A stretch of DNA of 63,998 nucleotides, filler included, from Porpidia crustulata (lineage: Eukaryota), in assembly GCA_964255105.1 (NCBI GenBank). It is 5 parts of 5 records of this genome, joined end to end, with 100 filler letters (N's around TTAATTAATTAA, not from the genome) between each part and the next. Parts side by side here need not be neighbours in the genome. Positions count along the whole stretch, not along the records: positions 39,205 to 52,157 come from CAXUWE010000472.1; positions 52,258 to 63,998 come from CAXUWE010000607.1; 3 more parts are not named here. One strand, given 5' to 3'. Below are positions 50,050 to 61,524 of the stretch, in pieces. Position numbers and translations under genes: made by a program. The notes under the pieces were generated by a model. That model ran no database searches, was not told the origin of the DNA, and saw only the letters and a list, made by a program, of their open reading frames with translations. The stretch's first letter is position 1. Each line of letters starts with the position of its first letter.

Positions 50050-51777
50050 TTAGACCCTTTCATCGATTTTTGTAGGATGTGAAGACGAGCTTATATCAAG
50101 ATCATCAGCCTCGAAGCTGGGTCTCATGACATGCTCTGGTGGAGCGGGATCCCCGGCGTTGGCTTTATCCGGGGGGTTTTGTGCACCAAGCTCCCAGCTA
50201 CCGACACGGCTATGTCCGTCCCCAACCACGGTGACCCCTATACTGCTCGTAGCAGGGAGATCTGGGTCTGATGCAAGCTTCTCGCCTCCTTTGAAGCCAC
50301 CAAGCTCAGATCCCCGCTTAGGCTTTCCTCGATAAAAACGTACTCGACCAAATACCATGGAAAGTGCAAGAACTAAACCGGCTACACATAAGGCAACTAT
50401 TGCTCCGATAGCTCCAGAGACGACAGGACTCCTACAGCTCTTGTGCGACAGTTGCTCTGGAGATAAGCCGACACTGCCGGTCGACGTCGAGTTGCTGTAA
50501 GCAGGGCAAAATATACTTACACTTTGACTTTGGCATGTGTCACACCAGTCTCCCACGGACGGAAGAGTAATATTACGCACCAGTGCCAAGAAATCGTTGA
50601 GGGACAAGCTTCCCTGAGCATCGTTACGTCCGAAGAGATTGAAGACTTCCAAGTTAGACGTTGACAAAGTGCCGTTGCGGAAAAGAAATCGAATCTTCAG
50701 ATCGCTGATACTGGGATATGCAGACGCAGTGGTGGAATCAACGCTGAATAGCTCAAAGACCATGGAGGAACCATAATTCGGGATACCATAGAAGTTCGTA
50801 TTTGCTTGCGGTAGTTGAGCTAGAGCAGCGAATGCAATCATTGGTTCGAAGCTGCCAAAAAGCATATTCAGCTTGCTGAAGCTTCCTTCCGTCTCTACGT
50901 TATTGATCAACATTCCGATGGCCCGTGCAAGCATCGTCCGCCCAGTAACCGTCCGGATGTCGTTCTTGGAGTCAGATCCAGACGTCCTTCCGTTCGTGGC
51001 GTACATCCACTGGTTGGCCAACGCCTTTGCTCGTGCAAGATCATCCTCGGACAACCGCCTTTTGACGGTCTGATTATGCGTATGCGCATAGCTCAGATAA
51101 TCATATAGCAGATAAGCTTCGTCATAATTGACCATAGATTTTTCGAAAACGCCTGCCAAGATACCCGACCCAAGGTTATCGTAGAAATCCATAGTTGCAG
51201 ACCTTATCTGGGTGGACTCCTGAGAATTTACATAGGCCATCGTAGCGTTGTCATATGCTGGGCAATTGACGTCGCCGGCTATATATATAGAATTTGGATC
51301 CAATGCAGAGGCCGTGTATATTTGAGCATACTGGTAGCCGCCTAGAGGATAATCAATGATAGATCCGTTCGCAAAGATTGACATGGGGTTCAACAATGTC
51401 CTCGAAGATATATTGAGTGGCGGATACAAGCCTTGCATGAAAGCTTGGGCCGAGGCCACGACGTACTCGTCCAGAGTCGACATCACAGATGATTGGGTAC
51501 TATCGACTTCGTCCTTGGAGAGATCTCTAATGCCTAGATGGGATTCATTCGTGGTCGGTGCAACGTAACGGTCGCGAAAAAAGGATCCCACAGAGTATAC
51601 CTGCTGAGCTCCAGAGGGAGTCAAGACCTTTCGCATGGGAAGTATCAAGGGCGTACGTTCACCATGATAGCTATACACCACCGACGACCAGATGGTTTCA
51701 TTGCTCCCGGTCTGCGCCAAGGCAAGAGAAGCCAGACTCGTGGCAGTCATGACTGCGAAATGCATTGCCAATTTCAT
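50050..51777 (-). CDS. Histidine acid phosphatase-like type I membrane protein
   Basis: Signal peptide from ATG 51777, YHGERTP, LTPSGAQQ, SAQAFMQGLYPP, YGSSMVFELF, many N-x-S/T sites, one C-terminal TM segment. Confidence 0.88.
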   Translation of the reverse strand: MKLAMHFAVMTATSLASLALAQTGSNETIWSSVVYSYHGERTPLILPMRKVLTPSGAQQVYSVGSFFRDRYVAPTTNESHLGIRDLSKDEVDSTQSSVMSTLDEYVVASAQAFMQGLYPPLNISSRTLLNPMSIFANGSIIDYPLGGYQYAQIYTASALDPNSIYIAGDVNCPAYDNATMAYVNSQESTQIRSATMDFYDNLGSGILAGVFEKSMVNYDEAYLLYDYLSYAHTHNQTVKRRLSEDDLARAKALANQWMYATNGRTSGSDSKNDIRTVTGRTMLARAIGMLINNVETEGSFSKLNMLFGSFEPMIAFAALAQLPQANTNFYGIPNYGSSMVFELFSVDSTTASAYPSISDLKIRFLFRNGTLSTSNLEVFNLFGRNDAQGSLSLNDFLALVRNITLPSVGDWCDTCQSQSVSIFCPAYSNSTSTGSVGLSPEQLSHKSCRSPVVSGAIGAIVALCVAGLVLALSMVFGRVRFYRGKPKRGSELGGFKGGEKLASDPDLPATSSIGVTVVGDGHSRVGSWELGAQNPPDKANAGDPAPPEHVMRPSFEADDLDISSSSHPTKIDERV

Positions 51778-52157
51778 GATGACGGACTCAAGGAAGTATG
51801 AAGTATGCAGTACAGTCAATAGTCGGCAGTTTTAAGTTGCAGAATGAGACCTGCTACTATTCAATTGTTTCGATACGCGGATGAATGAGGCCTTCGCTCC
51901 ACGATCACAGGCAAAGGATAGCTGATCGAAGAAGAAAAGGCTAGTGAGAGTTAATGTATCTTTCTCAGCCTCCGCATGTGACATTGAGACCAAATGGCAG
52001 TGACCTGTCGTTACACGGCTATCAGGTGTGGTATAGGGGACTCGAAAGACCAATATAGTCTTTCATATCACCATCATAGACAATGAGGTGGCTGGCAAAG
52101 TAAGATAGGCACAGAGAAGGGGTGGAAGTGGGGTTGCCATTACTCAGGTCAATTGGG

Positions 52158-52257
52158 NNNNNNNNNNNNNNNNNNNNNNNNNNNNNNNNNNNNNNNNNNN
52201 NTTAATTAATTAANNNNNNNNNNNNNNNNNNNNNNNNNNNNNNNNNNNNNNNNNNNN
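52158..52257. other. Artificial contig spacer
   Basis: 44 N + TTAATTAATTAA + 44 N. Confidence 0.98.
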
Positions 52258-53485
52258 GGACCGTATTCGGCGTTGTTTTGGTTGGCATTTCTGTTCGCAG
52301 ATATAGGTCGGCGCTGGCAGCTGTACTTTTCGAGCTTTTTGTGGACCGGGAGGTGGAGGTGGAGGTGGAGCTGGAGCTGGGGGCGGTGAGGCTTGGGGTG
52401 TGCGTTTCTGCTGCTCGGCTTGAGGCGGAGGTGTCTTCCCATTCTTCTTCGTAGGTGGGAGTTTCTTCGTCTTTGATTTTGTTGATGAATTCTTCAAAGG
52501 TCAAGTCGTCGCCTCCGAATACTGAGGGAGTGTGCTCTCGACGGTCGAACGATAGGGCTCTGATGGTGTTTTCCAATTCATATTGGTTTACCATTTCTCG
52601 AAGTGTCATGGCGACTGCCATGTATGTATCCATGAACTTGATCCAACGCTCGCTCAGCTCTGGTTCCAGGGTATCCAACGCATCGTTCCACTCCCTGGTT
52701 TGTTTCAACCCGGCGAAGCAGTATCCGATTTGTTTGAAGCACCAGTCCTTTAATAACTTATCGAAACCGGCATTCTTTGTGAATATGTATCTCGCTACGG
52801 TAATGCAACACAAAGGGTCAACCAAACTATCCGTGTCGACAAGGATTTCGTACGCCATGTTCGCAAGAACCGGTAAAGCGAGTTTCGTCGCCAGTAGATG
52901 CAACCTAGCGAGGACCACGAAGCGATTGATGGTTTGGTAGCTCTTGTTGATAAATAGCTTCAGTCTATGCTTCGTATACAAGTCGGGCCCGTCAGATAGA
53001 TAAGAACACGCTATCTGAAAGCAAGAAGCCGGATCCATCATGAAGGTGATTCGCATTCCGCATCCTCCGAGATAGTGCGGCGACCTGAAGAAATCGATAA
53101 AAGCGGATGAGCGGCTGAGGATGGATCGTTTGACCTGGAAGAGGTGGCCTTCACCGTTGGACAGACTGGGACACATTACTTCGATGGTTTCGTCGCCACT
53201 ATTTACTGTCGCTAGTCTATGGGGACAAGTCAGAAACTCGTCAAGTCGTGTGCTTGGTTTGAATAAGGCTCGCATTGTTTGGCTTGTATTAGACTTGCAA
53301 TGGTCGAAAATGTAATGATTATGACGTCTCAAAGACCAAGCCATAAGTAGGAAGTTGCAAATGTTGAGGACGCTTTCGTTAGGAAAGGGACGAAAGGGCA
53401 AGTAAAGACAAGTACCAGAGGGGTACGTGGGTAGCCAGGAACAAAAAAATACATCCTCACCCATGGGTCCAAACTTTCTGCTCAT
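52258..53485 (-). CDS. Hypothetical protein, possibly divergent BTB/POZ-like; 3' truncated, start uncertain
   Basis: Open frame of about 400 codons. HLFQVKRSILSRSSAF...DPASCFQIACSYL...ARLHLLATKLALPVLAN resembles fungal BTB spacing. Confidence 0.55.
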
Positions 53486-54176
53486 AGTCTTCCTGGCTGA
53501 TACACGGACTGCTCATGAAGTGCAGCGGTGCGCCATGGTATTTCATTCGAGGTATGGTCGGTATCCAAGCAACAGTGATCTCATCCTCCTCGGTCTGTGT
53601 CGTGGTGGCCATCTGCTGGGGTATTTCTGGCGTGGAAAATGTTTGAAAGTGCTCGATCGTACAGCGTATCAGACGCCTGCTTGTGACTAAAGGGAGTAGC
53701 CGATGGTTAATACTATGGGTACGATATGGCAAGATGTGATTGATAATGAGATCGCAGGATTGCAAGTTTGACCATAGACGATTACACCACAAGAGTAATT
53801 ATCTAGACTGATGCTGACAGATTCAGAGTATATGGACATTAAGTAGTGTTGAAGTCGGAATAAAATCCACTGCAATTGAAACACATGGTCGTCCCCGTTG
53901 TACCGTACCTGTGAAGCTAGCTCTGTCCGGAAACCTCAACCAGCAACAATCTGTTTAATTGAAATAATTTAGTTGTTGAAAGTATTAAGCAAAAGTTGTA
54001 CTAATGTCACTGCGTTAATTCGAAGGTATCTCCAGAATACGTGATACGGAATGAAAGATCCAAGTATGAGAAGACCTTTGTTACAGAGGTTGGTATGATT
54101 AGGTTTTCTTGATAAGCACAAGATGACCAGACTTTACAGATAGGATACAGAAATTCGTCTTTCGTACCGTGCTCAT

Positions 54177-55276
54177 CTACTTTTTGGGCTTGAATAATGC
54201 TTCACGTGTGTCGTACGTATAAGCCAAGTCGAGTTGCCAGTAGTTTGGTGTTGTTGGTTTTGTAATCAACCAAGCTTCGTCGAGTACCTTGACAACTTCT
54301 TCGGGTAAAAGCCCTTTTTCCAGGTCTTTGAGATTGCTTTCGAGTTGGGAAAAGCTGCTAACACCAATAATCACCCCATCACGGCCTCCGTCTTGCATTT
54401 TAAGCGCAGAGTGATGTGTGCACCATCGGAGTGCTACCTCCAATAAGGTCAGATTATGCTTTTGAGCCACTGGCTCTATCAAACGCAGAGCATCGAATGT
54501 AGCGTCCTTGAAATATCGTTTCCTATACATTTCTCCTGATGTAGCTTGATTACTGTACCTTCCTTCGCTGGGGATGTCAGCGCTCTTGATCTTGCCCGAG
54601 AACAGTCCGCCAGCCAAAGGATTATAAATAACCACGTCGATTCCATATCGCTTGCAACAAGGGATGAGTTCGTGTTCAAGTGAGCGTGCTGAGTTGTGGT
54701 CAATTGCGGTAGGCTTAAATGAGGGATAAAGAGTTACATACTGATGGCATTGTACATTCCCTGATAGATCGATGGACGCACCCAACCTCTCTCTTTACAA
54801 GTTATGACAATCTCTGCAACCTCAAAAGCTGTGAAGTTGCTCAATCCCAGTTGAACAAACTTCCCCTCCTTGTGTAGCTCATTCATAGCTTCGAGAGTCT
54901 CATCGAATGGCACAGATCGATCTGCCGCATGTAGATAAAAAATATCCACGCAGTCTGTCTGCAGCTCTTTCAACGAAGTACTGACCTGCTCTTTTATAAC
55001 ATTCGGCTTATGTGCGCCGGGCTCTTTTGGATACCATTTTGTGGCTATGGTTAATCCACGCTCTTTCCAATGAGCTGCTGTTGTAAAGGCTTCCTGCTTG
55101 CCACCTACGTATACTCTCGCCGTGTCTACTTCGTTGTAGCCTTGTTGCTGAAAGTAATCCAGGCATTTGTTGTATTCATCCAATGAGGTGATACGAGCGC
55201 CGGCAGATTCGTCAGGTCCAAATGTCATGAGACCGAGGATGACCCTCGGCTTAGGGTTCTGCATCAAGACAGGCAT
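54177..55276 (-). CDS. Aldo-keto reductase, AKR7/aflatoxin B1 aldehyde reductase-like, one intron
   Basis: ILGLMTFG, EVDTARVY, IATKWYP, DIFYLHAADR, LGLSNF, YQGMYNAI, YNPLAGG, VIIGVSS. Confidence 0.93.
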
Positions 55277-55988
55277 GGTGATTAAACTACGCAGAAATAT
55301 ACAAATTCTTTGCGGCCTTAATGTTTGGACTCATGACGTTGGCGGTTAGCGTCTCTCGATTTAAATCCGCAATCGCCGCTCGGAGAATCGAGTGGTGGCT
55401 TCACATTACTCCTTAAATGCCCTCTGGAGCTTCCCATTCGCAAGTCCCACCTTTGTCTAGCCATCAATGTAGAAATTATAAAGTTGCTGGAGAGCTCTCC
55501 TTCTCTTTCTGGCCATCATCATGGTTGCATTATCTGATTCGCCCTTTCCTTGAATAGATGCAGCAATAGAATGCTGGAGCTATGGCTCCCTATTTATTTC
55601 ACCGTTCAATTTCCTCCCAATATCCTCCCAATAAAATTCTCGAGCAGCATCCTTACCTCTCCTAGCTAACTTTCTTATACCTAGTATTAATATCGAAGTA
55701 CTGCAAGGTTAGTCCTCTATTCTAATTTTCATCGATACTTTGCTAATTAATCCAGAAAAATTGCATCAGTGACCCCCAGGCTTATCCAAGTCCTCATCTA
55801 GAGCATCAAGGTATACCTTTCCACACTCGATCTCAAAGTTTGACGACCTCTGTGAGTCCTGGCCAACAAGTCTTAGCCTTCTCAACGGACATCATCGAAA
55901 GCCGTTGACTACGGCAGTCCTCCGTACACAGCCATCATATCGGGTGTCCCGTAATTCTACCCAATCACTTTCCAAACCGAAACCCAAG

Positions 55989-56141
55989 ATGCCTCTCTTC
56001 TACACCAAAGGCGTCGGTTCGCGCCACGCCAATGCCGGGGTCACGGTCGACAAGACTGGTGTCCATCGACGCTGGAGTATCAGAAGGCTCAATCCATTTC
56101 GCCGAAGCCTCTTTCACCGCCGACGCGTAGTCGTTACTTGA
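55989..56141 (+). CDS. Candidate 50-aa basic microprotein
   Basis: ATG in CCCAAGATG context, upstream TATAAA (about 55477) and a canonical intron-like segment 55708-55755 in the leader. Confidence 0.4.
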   Translation: MPLFYTKGVGSRHANAGVTVDKTGVHRRWSIRRLNPFRRSLFHRRRVVVT

Positions 56142-57732
56142 AGGACAAAGACATCGAGGAAGAGTTTGAAGCCATGGTAGTGCTGCAGGCAAGGCATGGC
56201 GTTTGATGGAGCTCAGTAGGGTTGATTTTTGTACTGCATGATGACGGACTAGCATTGGGACCACGGGTTACATGATGCACATTTCTTTCGTTGTTTTCTC
56301 CAGACCCCTCAAGATCCTATAGCGGCTTAGAATTCACGTTCAATTCGTTGATCTCAAGTGCCGTGGCACACTCTCTACATCGGCTCCAATACTGACGGAG
56401 ACCTTGGCTTTCGCAATTCCCGAGCACGTGGAGCAGATGCCGTGCAGCAGCGAAAAAGTGTACTGATACAGGTACTGGCAAAGCATGAGCAGGGAATCGT
56501 CACTAAATAACAAAATAAGCAGCTCTTGCCGTACAATGCCTGTACCCGAATAAATTTCAATTCCCACATGACCATTTTACATTGAGTAAGGGATACGATT
56601 GACCTCCGGAGGGATCGGCGATTTCTGTGGTAGCTACATTTCAACGTCTCGCCGATATGTATAATCAGGTAATTCCTCGATGTTTCGGGGGCTCTTAACA
56701 GTGCAGTCGCTCATGATACAATGTTCACACAAAGCTTGACGAACTGGCTTCAAGAGCAGCTATTTGCAAGATCTTGTCTTTCGGCAGATTTGTAGATGCC
56801 CTCCTTTCGTGGCATGCCTACAACAGCATTTGAAATCCTCTTGGGGTGGAGTACAGACGGAGGTTTTCAAGGAGAATCAAGCCGATTAAGAATTGGGATT
56901 CTTCGAGGGTGCAACAGTTGACCAGTCATAATGAAAGCTCCTCCGGCTTCTCCGGGGAGGAACCATACCGGTCACGATGCTATGATTACTCAGGTGATGC
57001 TTCCCATGAAATGATCCGTACGAGACTCATGTTCTTGTGATCGATGAAAAGTCCGGCCTTTGTCCCCAAGCTCACGGTAGCGGAGTGGTGTTTGGTAGAA
57101 CGACTCTACTCTAAGTGGAGGCAGTGGGGCAATTTTGTTTTGTCAGGGCCTTCTGGTCCGTCCACAATTCACAGTTCACTTGAAATGATGATTCAGTCTA
57201 CTACGAGGTCGAACAGGTCTGCAAAACAGATGTTGAATTCTAAGGACGCGGATATAAATACAGACGCAGGACTTCGGTGTCGTCGAGAAAGGCAAGTGCG
57301 GGATCGGAGTTGTGAAACATGCACAAATGATTAATATTAACCATGCGGATACGGCCTATCAGCCTATCGGCCTATGCAGCCGCCGACCAGTCATACGCCA
57401 TCGTCATATATGCTGATTGCTGGTGCTCCATGCAACAAACCAACAATACCTACGTACTCCATTGATTACCAAGACACCCGGATAGGTGGATCACTAGATA
57501 GATCACCAGATAGATCACCAGATATTACCTAGCATGCAAGGCCACAACCGGTGAGCCGCAATGCTAGCGAAAGGATCGAATAGATAGTCACATAATATCG
57601 AGCCTTCTGATCCGATTATCCGTCTTGATTGGCCACGGCACTCCCGGTCCCACGAATACGAATCACTCAACAAGTCGGGAGCTTGTCATTATCAGGCATC
57701 GTTGTCATGAAAGGGTGACAAACGCAGTCGGC

Positions 57733-59354
57733 ATGAGCATGAGCGTGAGCATAAGCGGCACGAACCCTCCGTCTTCGGCCGGCGGACCTCTGAGTGCTAC
57801 TGCTGCTGTTACTGCTACTAGCACTACTACCGCTACTACGCAGACTGTGAAGCGGAGTGTGCAGGCTGCCTTTGATGGTATCTCGATCCGACTCTCTTTG
57901 TGTCTCGATTGGGCTTCATGTCCAGTTATTATGAATATGATGTCACTCCCTAGGCCACTTCACCGTTTTCATGTCGCTTTTCTTTCTTATCCCACTCTGC
58001 TTCTCCTACCATCTTTCAAATCATCTAGTTGCGGATCATGTCTAATCGATATTTCGCCGGCCGTTATCTAGAGCCATCGATCCCGAAGAAGATTCCACTC
58101 AGTGGCTATACTAGCAAAATTAGAGTGCTAGATAGGTATAAAGTCGTTGGCTTTATCAGCAGCGGTACCTACGGACGGGTCTACAAGGCTGTGGGCTACA
58201 ACGGCCAGTTTGGAGAATTTGCAATCAAGAAGTAAGATGATCACCTTCCAAGGCTGGACGACGTCGACTTGACTAATGACTACAGGTTCAAGCCCGACAA
58301 AGAAGGCGAAGTGATCCAGTACACCGGCATCTCCCAGTCGGCATGCCGCGAGATGGCACTCTGCTCAGAGCTCTCGCACCCAAACGTAATCAACCTGGTC
58401 GAGATCATTCTGGAAGACAAATGCATCTTCATGGTGTTCGAGTATGCCGAGCATGATTTACTACAGATCATCCAGCACCACACGCAACCGTCTCGGCATC
58501 CGATTCCGGCATCCGCCGTCAAGTCCATTCTATTTCAGCTGTTGAACGGTTTGCTTTACCTGCATACTAATTGGGTGCTTCACCGAGACCTGAAGCCTGC
58601 CAATATCATGGTGACCTCGAAAGGTGAAGTAAGAATAGGCGATCTGGGCCTTGCTCGCCTTTTCTACAAACCGCTACACTCTCTTTTTAACGGTGACAAA
58701 GTCGTCGTCACGATCTGGTATCGTGCACCAGAGCTTCTTCTCGGAAGCCGGCATTACACCCCCGCGGTTGATCTGTGGGCAGTGGGATGCATCTTCGCCG
58801 AGCTGCTATCCCTACGTCCCATCTTCAAAGGCGAAGAGGCGAAGATGGACAGCAAAAAAACGGTACCGTTCCAGAGGAACCAAATGCAAAAGATTGTGGA
58901 AATATTAGGCATGCCGACCAAAGAGAAATGGCCCGGCCTCTTGCATCAGCCTGAATACACGCAGCTGCAGACGCTTTCTTATGCCGTGCGAGACGGAGGA
59001 AACGGCAAATCGGGTCTTGATGCATGGTACTGGAACACTTTGAGAAGCTCCGGCTACCAGCAGTCACAAGCAGCAGGTACCCCAGGTCAGGAGGGTCTTG
59101 ACCTGCTGTCGCAACTACTAGAGTACGATCCGGCGAAAAGATTAACAGCGCAGGACGCTCTGCAGCATCCGTACTTTTCCGCAAACGGGGAGAAGGTGAC
59201 TGCAAATTGCTTCGAGGGACTGGCTACACAGTATCCACATCGGAGGGTAAGTCAGGACGATAATGATATCAGAACTTGCAGTCTTCCTGGAACAAAGAGG
59301 AGTGGACTACCGGATGATAGCATCGCGAGACCTGCAAAGAGGCTAAAAGATTGA
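57733..59354 (+). CDS. SSN3: Mediator kinase CDK8 (Ssn3/Srb10), three exons
   Basis: [71 protein letters not shown]. Confidence 0.97.
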
Positions 59355-61524
59355 TGTCGACCGGAGAGAAGGTCAAGGTACCACAGTCCATTGGCTCCAA
59401 CCTAATCGTGGATCGCGATTCTCGACAACCCTATAGTTTCTATCGTGCTATAGGGAAGTATGAGAGCAATCCTAGAGAGGTAGACTTCTCTCACTCTCCA
59501 CAGTTACACCTTCACGCTTGCCGCACTCATGTTGTGAGCTTGGTGGACGCTTACGCGGAATAGGATGTAAGATTTCAACCACATCTACACTACGCAGCAG
59601 CACAAGCAACAAGTAAAAGAAATCTATACCATCCACGTCAGGTATATAATATGATGGGCAAGAAAGTGCAACGCCCAGCAACAGGAACAGAGCATTGACA
59701 GAGAATGCGCAGCCATCGGCTAGTGGTCGATCCGAATACCTACCACCCCATATTACTCAGTCCTTGCGGCCTACATACACATCCACCTTCCATGCCCGCT
59801 ATGGTAGACTTCAATATCCGCACACAACAGTCCGACGGCCCAGTGTAGGCCGTACAGCGTTTCGATAAGAGACGCCTGCGCCAGTCGCGAGATACAACTC
59901 GAATAGAACACGAGTCCACAGACAGCGTACGCATGGAAGGACAAAACAAGCGATAATTTGTCACCTTGGAATCTTTCAAACATCTGGTCTCGATCGTTTG
60001 GATCATATTACCAACGATCCTGATGTATCGACTTCGAAGGTCATGGCTTGGATGAGATATGGTTCGGTTCTCTAGACTTGATAACTCTCAAACCCTCGAA
60101 ACGTCAATTCTTTGGGCCATCGCTATTTCCATTGGACTTGAGCGACAGTTTCTGGTTCTCGAGGTCGGTTACGACGCGGTCGTCACCGGTTTCGGTGAGG
60201 AACCTAGAGGATGATTGCTTGGGGTCTGTGCGTGGTGGGACCTGTCATCTATCTTGTTTTAGTCGTATTAATTGTGGTTCGATGGCGGTTTTACACCATG
60301 AGTACGAAACTACAGCGGTAGTCGCTCGTTGCTAGGGGAGTCCGAGGGCCGCGTACTTCTGGGGATGCCTGGCTACTACATCAATGAGGGCTAGCCTGTG
60401 AGCTACGAATTGGGAGTATTTAAATGTGAGGGTTTTGTTGTGGATCTTTATTGTACGTGGTATCGCAAACATCGCATCTGCAGGATCCTGGGGCTTGCTT
60501 CCTTGTCCTCTAGTGATGGTGAAAGGCTTGGCGGTGAGGTTGTCGGTGGTGAGGTAGTAGGTAGGTGAGGGTATAGAGTGGTAGGATGGTATGTCGTCAG
60601 TAGAGTGACGGCCAAGGCGGTGAGGGAACATGAACTGTGGGTAGCGATTTTGCAGCCCATAGAGTGTGGGTTAGATATCACGGGCAGAAGTACTTATTCC
60701 ACATTCTAGACGTTCTGTCTTTTCCAAATCAGTCAAACGTGACACTCGCACAATAGTCCGCAACTCCTTTTCTGCTCCGGGACCTCCGATGTGGCCTCGA
60801 AGACGGCGAGTCTTGGCTCTTCGTCTTCCTATGCGAAGCTAATATTCCTCTTTTCAAGGTCTGCTCACCAACGATCGCACATGTCCCAAATAATCCTAAG
60901 CTCTTATGTACCATGACTCCGTTGAAGAGATTTCTTTGGAAAGCTGCAATTTGGAATACAACGTCAGATTCGGTAAATTGAACGATGTGCTCATCAAGCT
61001 CCGAAGCTTCAGAGTGTCGTGAGTGTTTGCCAAACTAGCAAAGACAGCATTTCAAGGATGCAAAGTCAAGACCTACTTGTGTCGTAGCGATTCCTAGAGG
61101 GAATATAAAATCTGTGAACAGACATTTTTATTTGGATTTTTCAGGCTTGTCGTCCCGGGTATGGAATCGCTGTAGTTCATACTGTATTTACATATACCAT
61201 CAAGTTTTGCCGGAAAGAGTTTCAGGGTCAATTTGCCGCCAGCCAATACCCCTGGCAATCAATGGATCCTCTTGAGTGCTACATTCGAGGAAACATGCCC
61301 GTGCTAACCCCGTAGATGGAACTACGACCTTTGAAAGGATAGAAGCGACGGAACTATGCCGCACAAGGCTGAGATCACAGGGCTGAGTCATGCTGAGCTG
61401 ACAGGGGTCTCGTGAGAGCGCCGAGGACGTCCATGCCCAAGAACAGAAAAATGTCACCCTGGTCTACTGCAATGTCTATATAGCATTAGCGATTGCGCTT
61501 GATGGCGAATGATCTCTCTGGCTG

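Noticed and set aside
13021..52213. TTAATTAATTAA palindrome recurring about every 13 kb as a possible regularly spaced biological repeat
   Set aside because: It is always centred in 44+44 N, so it is an assembly linker. ORFs ending in X...LIN are artefacts.
57350..57530. Short tandem repeats upstream of SSN3 (GCCTAT x3; AGATAGATCACC x2)
   Set aside because: Too short and too few copies, consistent with slippage, and not a CRISPR-like array.
59700..60914. Possible heavily decayed minus-strand gene (ORFs 60332-60631 and 59771-59983 share a frame)
   Set aside because: Several intervening stops and no recognisable family; a translated search would be needed.
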